Assembly (NCBI GenBank): GCA_024697825.1
Contig: JAILEP010000043.1
Location: 9,176 to 73,175, forward strand
Origin: Acholeplasmatales bacterium
GTDB lineage: Bacteria > Bacillota_I > Bacilli_A > Acholeplasmatales > Anaeroplasmataceae
DNA length: 64,000 nt
Reading direction: 5' to 3'
The position numbers and the translations under genes were made by a program. The notes beneath the pieces are model-generated. The model ran no database searches. It saw only the letters and a program-made list of their open reading frames with translations, and was not told the origin of the DNA. Positions within the stretch are counted from its first letter, which is position 1; every line of letters starts with the position of its first letter. Below, one piece after another: positions 40,101 to 48,863 of the stretch.

Positions 40101-43100
40101 AAATAATATTAATGTTGGTTCATATGAAGTAGTAGCATCATTTGTAGGTTCTACAAATTATGAGACTATTTCAGACATGACTGCAAATATTACAATTAAT
40201 GCTAAGCAGGTATCTGTTTTATTCGATGATTCTAATTTAACTTATAATGGAAATGCTCAGGCTCCAACAGCCACAGTTTCAGGTTTAATTGAAGGTGATG
40301 CATGTTCAGTAACAATTACTAAGAATACAGTTGCTGGAACATATTCAACTTCTGATTCTACATTAACAGTAGAATTAAATAATTCAAATTATGTATTACG
40401 TTCTACAGATGTTTATACATATACAATCAATAAGGCTGATTATGATATTTTAGGTATTACATATGAAGGCATAGAAACTACATATACAGGTAATGCTCAA
40501 ACTATTACAATTGATGATTTACCTACAGGTAAAGATGGCTATGAATTAAGTGCTACATATTATATTGATGATGTAGCTAACGCAAGTAGAACTAATGCAG
40601 GTTCTTACACAATTGTTGTTAAATTTAGTTCTGAATCTCCTAATTATAATGACGTTTCAGATATTGAAAAGACATTTGTTATTAATCCAAAGACTTTAAC
40701 AGTTACATGGAATTCAGTAGCATTTGAGTACGATGGTACAGCTAAGGCTCCAACTGCAACAGTATCAGGATATGTAAATAGTGATACTGCTACATTTGAA
40801 TATAGTGATACATCTAATAATATTAATGTTGGTACATATACAATTTCTATTATCAATTTATCTAATAGCAATTATACATTACCAGCTAATGCAACAACTT
40901 CATATACAATTGCAAAGGGTGTTATGACATTAGATGGCGTATCTGTTTCAGATTTAGAAACAGTATATGATGGAAATGTTCATTATCCTACAGTTAATGG
41001 CACTTTACCTGATGGTGTAACTGCAGTTTATTCAGTTGATCCTAAGAATGTAGGTACTTATAGCGTTACAGTAACATTTGAATATGATTCAGATGATTAT
41101 GCAATTTCTGAAAGCTATACTGCAAATGTTACTATTACTCAAAAGACAGTTACAGTTTCTAGTGAATCAGTATTAACTTATAATGCTAATGAGCAAGCAC
41201 CTACACTTACAGTTTCTGGTTTAGTTGATGGTGATACTTGTACAGCAGAAGTTAATGGTAATACTTTAGCAGGTACATATACAGAAGATGTCACATTATC
41301 TAATACTAATTATGTATTAGCATCTAGTACATTTACTTATACAATTAATAAGGCTACTTATAGTTATTCATTAACATTTACTGATGAAACAGTGACATAT
41401 GATGGTAGCTTACATGGAATTGTAGTTGCCGGAACATTACCTACAGGCTTAGATGGTGTTCAGGTTAGCGTTTCTTATTCATCTACAGGTATTACTGATG
41501 TTGGCTCACTTTTAATTACAGCAACATTCACAGTTTCTTCAAATTATGAAGCAATTGATTCAATGACTGCAACAATTACAGTTAGTGCTAAGACAGTAAC
41601 ACTTACATATAGTAATGAAAGCTTAACTTATAATGGTAGTCAGCAGGCACCAACAGCCACAATTTCAGGCTTAATTGGTACTGATACTTGTACTGCAACA
41701 ATTCAGGCAAATACTGATGCAGGTACATATTCAACAGCTGATTCTACATTAACAGTTACATTATCAAATTCTAATTATAAGCTAGCAGATGATTATTCTT
41801 ATTCATATACAATCGCTAAGGCTGATTATGATATTTCAGGTATTGCATATTCAGGCTTAGAGGCTACATATTCAGGCTCTGCCTTAAGCATTTCAATTTC
41901 AGGCTTACCTACAGGTCTAGATAATTATAAGCTTTCTGCAAGCTATTATATTGGCGGAGTAGAAAATGCGACTGTAAAGAATGCAGGTACATATGATGTA
42001 ACAGTTAAGTTTACTTCAAGCTCAAATAATTATAATGATGTAGAAGATGCAGCATTAACAATGGTTGTTTCAGCTAAGACTATAACAGTTACATTTAATG
42101 ATGATTTAGTTTATACAGGAGAAGCTCAGGCTCCAACTGTTAATACAATAACTGGTGTTGTTTCAGGCGATACTGTTAATGTAACAGTAACAGCAATGAC
42201 TAACGCTGGTACATATTCAACATCAGCTGGTGATATAACAGTTACACTTGATAATTCTAATTATCAGCTAGGTGATGATTTTGAATATTCTTATACAATT
42301 AGCCCTAAGACAGTAAGTATTGTTTGGGGTACTACAACATTTACATATGATGGTAGCGAGCATGTGCCAACAGCAACACTTGGTGATTCTGCATTAACAT
42401 TAGAGGTAACTGCAAATGAAACATCAATTAATGCGGGTACATATACAGCAACAGCTACAATCACTGATACAAATTATGATGTTGAATCTGATAAGACAAT
42501 TGAATTTACAATTGAAAAGGCAACATTTGAAAGTAATAAGACAGTAACAAATGTAGAAGCTACATATGATGGTGAAACTCATGATCCATCAGTAAGTGGC
42601 TCTAGCCAGTATGTTGATGAAACATTAGTTACTTGGACATTCAGCAGTAGTGAAAGTGCAGTTGGTATTTATACAATTACAGTTACATTCCACGCTACAG
42701 ATAATTATGAGGATGTAGAAGTAACTGCAACAGTAACAATAGAAGCATTAGAATTATCATTAGAATTTGATTCAACAGAATTTACATTCAATAATGAAAT
42801 ACAAAAGCCAACTGTTACATCAAGCAATGTTCTTGATGGTGATACAGTAACATTTACTGTTAAGAATACATCAGTAGATGCTGGTACATATACTGCAAGT
42901 ATTACATTAGAAGGCGCTGATGCAGGTAATTATGCATTACCTTCAGCAGGCTATACTTATAAAATTAATAAGGCTGATTATGATATGTCTTCAGTAACAT
43001 ATTCTAATACTACAGTAAGTTATACTGGTGATGCACAATCTCCAGTAGTAGCAGGCTTACCTACAGGTGCAGATAATATTACTGTTACATATTCGGCTGG

Positions 43101-46100
43101 TACAGTAACAAATGTTACAGCAGGTACAGCAGTAACTATTACATTTGCGACAACATCAACTAATTACAATGTTCCAGCAAGTGTAGAAGTAACAATGATT
43201 GTAAATCCAGCTGAATTAACAATTAGCTTTGATTCAAGCTCATTTACATATGATGGTTCAGCTCATACTCCAACAGCATCTATTTCTGGTGTTATTGGAT
43301 CTGAGGATGTAGATTTCACAATTAATGCTAATAATATTAATGCTGGTACATATACATTGACAGAGAGTGATATTACATTATCTGGTAGTGATATGGCAAA
43401 TTATACAGTAGCAGAATTTGAATATTCTTATACAATTAGCCCTAAGACAGTAAGTATTGTTTGGGGTACTACAACATTTACATATGATGGTAGCGAGCAT
43501 GTGCCAACAGCAACACTTGGTGATTCTGCATTAACATTAGAGGTTACTGCAAATGAAACATCAATTAATGCGGGTACATATACAGCAACAGCTACAATCA
43601 CTGATACAAATTATGATGTTGAATCTGATAAGACAATTGAATTTACAATTGAAAAGGCAACATTTGATTGTGATAAGACAGTAACAAATGTTGAAGTAAC
43701 ATATAATGGTAGCGAACAGTATCCATCAGTTACAGGTGCAAGCCAGTATGTTGATGGAACAGCAATAACTTGGACTTATAGTGGTGCAGCAGCAGCTGTT
43801 GGTAGCCATACAGTTACAGTTATCTTCCATGCAACAGATAATTATGAGGATGTAGAGGTAACTGCAATAGTTACTATTACAAAATTAGAATTATCATTAG
43901 AATTTGATTCAACAGAATTCACATTCAATGATGAAATTCAAAAGCCAACAGTTACATCAAGTAATGTAATTGATGGCGATACAGTAACATTTACTGTTAA
44001 TAATAACTCAGTATCTGCAGGTACATATACTGTAAGCATTACATTATCAGGTACTGATGCTGGAAATTATGCATTACCTTCAACAGGCTATACTTATAAA
44101 ATTAATAAGGCTGATTATGATATGACTTCTGTAATATATTCTAATACTGAAGTAAGCTATACAGGAGAGGGTCAATCTCCGGTAGTATCTAACTTACCTA
44201 CAGGTGTAGATAATATTACTGTTACATATTCGGCTGGTACAGTAACAGATGTTACAGCAGGTACAGCAGTAACTATTACATTTGCGACAACATCAACTAA
44301 TTACAATGTTCCAGCAAGTGTAGAAGTAACAATGATTGTAAATCCAGCTGAATTAGCTATTAGCTTTGATTCAAGCTCATTTACATATGATGGAACTGCA
44401 AAGACTCCAACAGGTACACTTTCAGGTGTAATTGATGGCGATACAGTAACAGTTACAATTAATGCTAATAATATTGATGCAGGTACATATACATTAACAG
44501 AGAGTGATATTACATTATCTGGTAGTGATATGGCAAATTATACAGTAGCAGAATTTGATTATGAATATACTATTAATCAGGCTACTATGGATTTAACTGG
44601 TGTTACAGTTTCTGATGTAGAAGCTACATATGATGGTAATTCACATAATCCTGTACCTACAGGTGATCTACCAGTTTATGATAGTGAAACAGTATCTTAT
44701 ACAATTTCTGGTGAAACTATTACAGCTGGTACGCATACAGTTTATGTAGTATTTAGTGTATCAACTGGTAATTATGAGGATTATACAATTGAAGCAACAG
44801 TTACAATTAATGCTTTAGCTATTACTGTTACATATGATTCACTTGAATTTACTTATAATGGTAGTGTTCAGGTTCCTACAATTACATCTAATAATTTAAT
44901 TACTGGTGATGATGTTACATTATCTGTATCTAATACAAGCAAGAGTGCTGGTACATATACAGTAAGTCTTACATTAGAAGGTACTGATGCAGGTAATTAT
45001 AATTTACCAACATCATCTACAACTTATAAAATTAATAAGGCTAATTATGATATGACTTCCGTAACATATTCTAATACTGAGGTAACTTATACTGGTGAGG
45101 CACAATCTCCAGTAGTATCAGGCTTACCTACAGGCTTAGATAATATTACAGTAACTTATACAGCAGAGACAGTAACTGATGTAACAAGTAGCACAGATGT
45201 AACTATTACATTTGCGACAACTTCAACTAATTATAATGTTCCTGATTCAGTAACAGTAACAATGGTTGTTAAGGCTGCAACATTAACAGTTTCTGGTGAT
45301 TCATTCTCAGTTGCATATACTGGTAGTGAGGTAGCACCTACAATTACATTATCTGGAATTTATGGTACTGATGATGTTTCAGTCACAGTCAATAATAAGA
45401 ATTCAGCAGTTGGTAGCTATACATTAACAAAGGATGATGTATCATTAACTGGTGATGATGCCGGTAATTATGTTCTTGAAAGCTTCTCAGTTTCTTATGA
45501 AATTACTAAGGGTGAATATGATACTACAGGTATAGTATTCGAGGATACTTCATTAATTTATAATGGTGAGGCTCAAACAATTACAGTAAGTGGTTCATTT
45601 ACTAATACAGGTGCAGATGGTACAACACCTAATATGAGCAATATTACATATTCAGGTTCAGGTACAAATGTTGGTGAATATACAATTACAGCAACTATTC
45701 CATCTGAGTCTGATAATTATAATGATGTTGTATTAACAGCAACATTAACAATTACAGCAGCAACAGTAGATGCAATCTTCTATATTGATTCAACTGAAAT
45801 TACTAATTCTTCAACTAGTGTAAAATATACAGGTAATAGTCATACATTAGTAGTTGAGGCTGATTCATCTGATTTATATAATGGTGATACAGTTACTCTA
45901 GAGGTAGTTATTACTTATAGTGGTACAGCAGTATCTTCAATTAAGAAGGCGGGTACATATTCAATTACTGCATATGTTACAGATAATGATAATTACGAGG
46001 CTAGTGATACTGCATATACTATTGCTATTTCTAGTACATATTTATGGTGGCTAGGTTGGAGCAAAGACCATTTAAGCAATTCGATTAATTTATCTAATAA

Positions 46101-46707
46101 TGTGATTATTACAGCTGATGAGGTATTAAATGGTGAAAATGAGGATTTCTATTTCATCTATTCAGTTACATCAACTGGCGAGGAATTAGATGCTTATCCA
46201 ACTGAAGCTGGTTCATATACTGTAACACTTCATTATGATTCTGATTCAGTTACAATGGGTGATAATACTAAGACTTACAATACCTTTACTTTATCTGAAT
46301 CTTCAGGAACAACAACTGTTGATTTCTCATCAGGTTGGACTTTAAGTGGTACTGATACATCTACAGCATTCTCAGGAACTACTTATTCAGCTAATTCTTT
46401 AATTGCAATATCTAATAGCACATATAGTAATTTAACTAGTGTATCATTAACTTATACAGTAGATGATAAGAGCTCAACTAGTATAAAAGTATACACATCT
46501 ACAGATGGACAAACATGGACGTTAGAGGGTACTATAACACCTACTAAGAATAATGAATCACAAACTGGTACAGTAAATATTTCTACAAATAATACTGGTG
46601 ATGTTTACGTTAAGATTGAAATTACTTGTACAAAGGGTATAGGCAATGCTAAGACTGCATCAATTTCTAGTGCTACATTAGCATGTGTTGTATTAAAGGT
46701 TTCATAA
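37177..46707 (+). CDS. Giant surface protein/adhesin: 5 N-terminal TM, BspA-like LRR, 2 InlB B-repeats, Ig-like domain, about 30 MBG-like modules (3176 aa)
   Basis: Five hydrophobic segments in aa ~30-170. TTIGASSL/FPSSVKTVDKDAF. KSGYDFTGWY and KEGYSFDGWY. Recurrent TY[DN]G…[NV]AGTY modules. TAATG overlap with the upstream gene. Confidence 0.85.
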   Translation: MSVYDEVSSSVKANNKAKNTKFIKNQKTMNILTMVLCLIMLIADTIYVIKESSVGILMFTRVVLDFAIVAEAIMVVILAIFKFNTENKIIKILTAVAFSISVIGYIAMFKYADAYSIILFIFRIPLSAIFIVIAVKSLVSPKSFILRWAVGGGVGAVVLITALILLFSANERRAIYDNGTLVNILDGTAKVKIEDGTTTIGASSLKNAGEKVEFPSSVKTVDKDAFLDSEVNTLTVSSSSISVVSALKNTDVDTIYIENDSVITIDDLKGTIENSDFEFIVSRDLVDAYRQKYSKYDYLFAPKLDDNEFYIAFNGTSLPVVIYTKDQLPKTVLNPYSSSQNVKTENNIKYILTSWDVNGEAISYPFTATGSTEFNANWERIYTVTYDYDGGTPADGSAVLETEEFYSSRANKTLPELEKSGYDFTGWYLLDSNGNFTNTKIQFIDTDNLADMTIKARFVKNYVLTYHLNGGTMTDDETTVFNEDGSVIVPPTPTKEGYSFDGWYDNAEFSGSSIAVVASTSQNDIELYAKWVLDNPTITLSNDINKTFDNQYSELKVTPSHALSTIAYTYAWYKSGSSDALGKTSSYKVRYVNESGAYYCVVTATDTATGETATVTSSNINVTIHKANYELPTILNTYSYEYDGNAKTPNIGTIPTGLDGSVLNVSYSNTAIKNVGDDDYVTISFSTESDNYNTPSSAKVYVRVTPKTLTITWPESLEFTYNGSAQYPLPTITGLISGDECTFTYSDTTNNINVGTYSIEVTGLSNENYQLPTNTSVEYTIVKATETITGITVSDVEATYDGNAHYPAITGDLPSGIKALYSEEPVNVGTYNVKVTFTYESDNYEINDSYISTVTIIQKKVTVASSSVLTYNGSLQAPTLTVSGLVGSDTCQATISGNTNAGEYTEDVTLSNNNYVLSSNTFTYTINKATYDLSGITFSDTSVTYDGKAHGITIKGTLPIGKDDVQISVSYSDTTNNINVGSYEVVASFVGSTNYETISDMTANITINAKQVSVLFDDSNLTYNGNAQAPTATVSGLIEGDACSVTITKNTVAGTYSTSDSTLTVELNNSNYVLRSTDVYTYTINKADYDILGITYEGIETTYTGNAQTITIDDLPTGKDGYELSATYYIDDVANASRTNAGSYTIVVKFSSESPNYNDVSDIEKTFVINPKTLTVTWNSVAFEYDGTAKAPTATVSGYVNSDTATFEYSDTSNNINVGTYTISIINLSNSNYTLPANATTSYTIAKGVMTLDGVSVSDLETVYDGNVHYPTVNGTLPDGVTAVYSVDPKNVGTYSVTVTFEYDSDDYAISESYTANVTITQKTVTVSSESVLTYNANEQAPTLTVSGLVDGDTCTAEVNGNTLAGTYTEDVTLSNTNYVLASSTFTYTINKATYSYSLTFTDETVTYDGSLHGIVVAGTLPTGLDGVQVSVSYSSTGITDVGSLLITATFTVSSNYEAIDSMTATITVSAKTVTLTYSNESLTYNGSQQAPTATISGLIGTDTCTATIQANTDAGTYSTADSTLTVTLSNSNYKLADDYSYSYTIAKADYDISGIAYSGLEATYSGSALSISISGLPTGLDNYKLSASYYIGGVENATVKNAGTYDVTVKFTSSSNNYNDVEDAALTMVVSAKTITVTFNDDLVYTGEAQAPTVNTITGVVSGDTVNVTVTAMTNAGTYSTSAGDITVTLDNSNYQLGDDFEYSYTISPKTVSIVWGTTTFTYDGSEHVPTATLGDSALTLEVTANETSINAGTYTATATITDTNYDVESDKTIEFTIEKATFESNKTVTNVEATYDGETHDPSVSGSSQYVDETLVTWTFSSSESAVGIYTITVTFHATDNYEDVEVTATVTIEALELSLEFDSTEFTFNNEIQKPTVTSSNVLDGDTVTFTVKNTSVDAGTYTASITLEGADAGNYALPSAGYTYKINKADYDMSSVTYSNTTVSYTGDAQSPVVAGLPTGADNITVTYSAGTVTNVTAGTAVTITFATTSTNYNVPASVEVTMIVNPAELTISFDSSSFTYDGSAHTPTASISGVIGSEDVDFTINANNINAGTYTLTESDITLSGSDMANYTVAEFEYSYTISPKTVSIVWGTTTFTYDGSEHVPTATLGDSALTLEVTANETSINAGTYTATATITDTNYDVESDKTIEFTIEKATFDCDKTVTNVEVTYNGSEQYPSVTGASQYVDGTAITWTYSGAAAAVGSHTVTVIFHATDNYEDVEVTAIVTITKLELSLEFDSTEFTFNDEIQKPTVTSSNVIDGDTVTFTVNNNSVSAGTYTVSITLSGTDAGNYALPSTGYTYKINKADYDMTSVIYSNTEVSYTGEGQSPVVSNLPTGVDNITVTYSAGTVTDVTAGTAVTITFATTSTNYNVPASVEVTMIVNPAELAISFDSSSFTYDGTAKTPTGTLSGVIDGDTVTVTINANNIDAGTYTLTESDITLSGSDMANYTVAEFDYEYTINQATMDLTGVTVSDVEATYDGNSHNPVPTGDLPVYDSETVSYTISGETITAGTHTVYVVFSVSTGNYEDYTIEATVTINALAITVTYDSLEFTYNGSVQVPTITSNNLITGDDVTLSVSNTSKSAGTYTVSLTLEGTDAGNYNLPTSSTTYKINKANYDMTSVTYSNTEVTYTGEAQSPVVSGLPTGLDNITVTYTAETVTDVTSSTDVTITFATTSTNYNVPDSVTVTMVVKAATLTVSGDSFSVAYTGSEVAPTITLSGIYGTDDVSVTVNNKNSAVGSYTLTKDDVSLTGDDAGNYVLESFSVSYEITKGEYDTTGIVFEDTSLIYNGEAQTITVSGSFTNTGADGTTPNMSNITYSGSGTNVGEYTITATIPSESDNYNDVVLTATLTITAATVDAIFYIDSTEITNSSTSVKYTGNSHTLVVEADSSDLYNGDTVTLEVVITYSGTAVSSIKKAGTYSITAYVTDNDNYEASDTAYTIAISSTYLWWLGWSKDHLSNSINLSNNVIITADEVLNGENEDFYFIYSVTSTGEELDAYPTEAGSYTVTLHYDSDSVTMGDNTKTYNTFTLSESSGTTTVDFSSGWTLSGTDTSTAFSGTTYSANSLIAISNSTYSNLTSVSLTYTVDDKSSTSIKVYTSTDGQTWTLEGTITPTKNNESQTGTVNISTNNTGDVYVKIEITCTKGIGNAKTASISSATLACVVLKVS
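39424..41350 (+). repeat. Diverged six-module block duplication, period 1392 bp (464 aa)
   Basis: Anchors 39424/40816 (aataatattaatgt) and 39778/41170 (gtattaacttataatg) both give offset 1392. Confidence 0.75.
42280..44557 (+). repeat. Five-module tandem duplication, period 1137 bp (379 aa)
   Basis: 42280-42530 vs 43417-43667 differ at 1 of 251 nt. 43071-43218 vs 44208-44355 differ at 1 of 148 nt. Confidence 0.9.
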
Positions 46708-46714
46708 TAAAAAT

Positions 46715-46746
46715 AGGTCTATTTCGAAAAGAAATAGGCCTTTTTT
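46715..46746 (+). terminator. Intrinsic terminator closing the three-gene operon
   Basis: aggtctatttc-gaaaa-gaaataggcct-ttttt. Confidence 0.75.
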
Positions 46747-46805
46747 ATCGTTATATTACATTTGTAATGTCTTATATGATATAATTGTTATAGGTGATGT
46801 ATTAT

Positions 46806-47630
46806 ATGAATATTTGGTTTATATTATTAATTCTATTTGGACTTGCAGTAATAATATCATCCGTTGGATATAAGAAGTATGTCTGGTTTATTTCAATAGG
46901 CTATGGCTTTTCAATAGTTGGTATTGGTATTGCAATAATTGTTATATATTTAATTAATGGAACACTTAATATTACATCGTTAATAGCTTGTATTTTGTTT
47001 ATAATTTATGGTTTTAGATTAGGTGGATTCTTATTAATAAGAGAATTAAAAAACGCAAATTATAGAAAAACATTAAATGAGGTCGCAAAGGATGGTAAAA
47101 CAGTTCCATTTGGTGTAAAGATTGCAATCCATTTAACAGTTGCCCTACTTTATGTGGCAGAGACATCTGGTGTTACATTCTCCCTTTATGTATCAGCTTA
47201 TAGCTCATTTTTTGATTTTAAGTGGACTGAAATAATAGGATTAAGTATTATGGCATTTGGTATTTTCTTAGAATCCTTTGCAGACCATCAAAAGACTAAA
47301 TTTAAAAAAGAAGAGCCTAATAAGCCTGCAATGAGAGGAATCTATAAATTATGTAGATGTCCTAATTATTATGGTGAAATGCTATTTTGGACTGGTACAG
47401 TAACATTTTCAGTATTATCTCTTAATACCTGGTGGATGTGGGTTATTGTAATAGCTGGATATTTATGTATTTTATATGTAATGTTAAATTCTTCTAAGAG
47501 ATTAGAAAAAAGACAAAATAAAAATTATGGTGATTTGGTTGAATTTCAGGAATATAAGAAGAAGACTCCTCTTATTATTCTAGTATTCATCCCAATTAGG
47601 TCACTCGAAAATTCAAAGATTATAATGTAA
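46806..47630 (+). CDS. DUF1295 family membrane protein (steroid 5-alpha-reductase/ICMT-like)
   Basis: YGFRLG.FLL.R, ESFADHQK..FK, GIYKLCRCPNYYGEMLFW. Multi-TM. Start uncertain (46794, 46797 or 46806). Extended -10 at 46777-46785. Confidence 0.85.
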   Translation: MNIWFILLILFGLAVIISSVGYKKYVWFISIGYGFSIVGIGIAIIVIYLINGTLNITSLIACILFIIYGFRLGGFLLIRELKNANYRKTLNEVAKDGKTVPFGVKIAIHLTVALLYVAETSGVTFSLYVSAYSSFFDFKWTEIIGLSIMAFGIFLESFADHQKTKFKKEEPNKPAMRGIYKLCRCPNYYGEMLFWTGTVTFSVLSLNTWWMWVIVIAGYLCILYVMLNSSKRLEKRQNKNYGDLVEFQEYKKKTPLIILVFIPIRSLENSKIIM

Positions 47631-47662
47631 AAAAAATAGTGAGTTTTAGGACTCACTATTTT
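47629..47662. terminator. Bidirectional terminator
   Basis: aaaatagtgagt-tttagg-actcactatttt. Confidence 0.8.
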
Positions 47663-48860
47663 CATTATTATTCTTATTATTTGTTGGGTCTAAATCATAA
47701 AAATCATCTTCATTATCCTCACCATCATCATTTACTGCCGCTTTAGCAATAAAGAATGATAAATTAGATGGATAATATAGATTTTCATGCTTAAGAACAT
47801 AACGCTTATTTATTAGCTTTGTTAAACGTCTTCTTAATTGTGGCATTTCAATATCACAATCAGTAATTGTTAATAAATCTAATAGCTTTTTAGCATCAAT
47901 TCCATCCTCCTGAGATAGAAGAATTGTAATAATTGAGATATCCTCAGGTGGTAGTGCAATTAATGCATTGATCATCTTAGGAAAGTATTCAGCGTAATAG
48001 CCATCTAGCTTAGGGAATTCAGCACTTACAAAGTCGGCAATCTTGTTTATAAAATATACTGCCTCCTCATAAGATTCTCTTTTGAATTCACTCATATCTA
48101 AAATATCATTGATTTCATCTGAATCAATATCAAGCATTCCACAGATAAATACACAATAATAAGGGTTATATTTTAATAACCATCTATATACTCTATAAGC
48201 ATATTTATTTTGTCCTGTACATGCATAGCAATAGAAGACAATTAATAAATATCTACCTGATAAATTATCTAATTCTGTAATTAGCTTAATTGCAAGCTGA
48301 TATTTATGATTATATAGAATGCATATTAAATAATCGAATAGAGAATCAACCTGATTTTCAAAATCTAGGCGATATTCCATTTCGGCATATTTTCTCGCTT
48401 CATTATATTTTTTAGTTTTAAGACATAGCTCTACTAAAACAGAAAGAAGTCTAATATAAGCTCTTCCTTCTAAATGATTCCAAATGTCATCCTCTAAATT
48501 ATTAACATCGATATTCTTTGTTAAAAGCCAGTCCTTATATTCCTCTCTAATTTCCTCTAAGGCATCAATTGCCTTAAAGTCATCATCAGTTTCTAAAACT
48601 GTCTTTAATATCTTAGAATCGTAATGATATGGGCAAACCTTAATTGCCTCATTTAAAATGGCAATAGCCTCATCCCTATCCTCGCTATTTGATACCTCCT
48701 GATAAAGGTTTTCTGCCTTCTCATAAGCATCATCTAGCTTGTATAAGCCTTTATTATAAATATCATTAAATTCTTCAATTGCAACATCGATATCAACACC
48801 AGGATTATCATCTAAGAATCTATTTAGAGCTCGTCTATAGTTATCCTGTGAAATTGACAT
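47646..48860 (-). CDS. TPR-like helical protein with a C-terminal winged-helix-like segment
   Basis: EAIAILNEAIKVCP, WNHLEGRAYIRLL…EARKY TPR-like pattern. LRRRLTKLINKRYV…LYYP wHTH-like. Acidic tail. Confidence 0.6.
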   Translation of the reverse strand: MSISQDNYRRALNRFLDDNPGVDIDVAIEEFNDIYNKGLYKLDDAYEKAENLYQEVSNSEDRDEAIAILNEAIKVCPYHYDSKILKTVLETDDDFKAIDALEEIREEYKDWLLTKNIDVNNLEDDIWNHLEGRAYIRLLSVLVELCLKTKKYNEARKYAEMEYRLDFENQVDSLFDYLICILYNHKYQLAIKLITELDNLSGRYLLIVFYCYACTGQNKYAYRVYRWLLKYNPYYCVFICGMLDIDSDEINDILDMSEFKRESYEEAVYFINKIADFVSAEFPKLDGYYAEYFPKMINALIALPPEDISIITILLSQEDGIDAKKLLDLLTITDCDIEMPQLRRRLTKLINKRYVLKHENLYYPSNLSFFIAKAAVNDDGEDNEDDFYDLDPTNNKNNNENSES

Positions 48861-48863
48861 ATT

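Noticed and set aside
39000-46000. Adhesin repeats as a CRISPR array or a DGR template/variable region
   Set aside because: The repeats are long, in-frame coding modules without spacers; there is no reverse transcriptase; mismatches are not adenine-specific.
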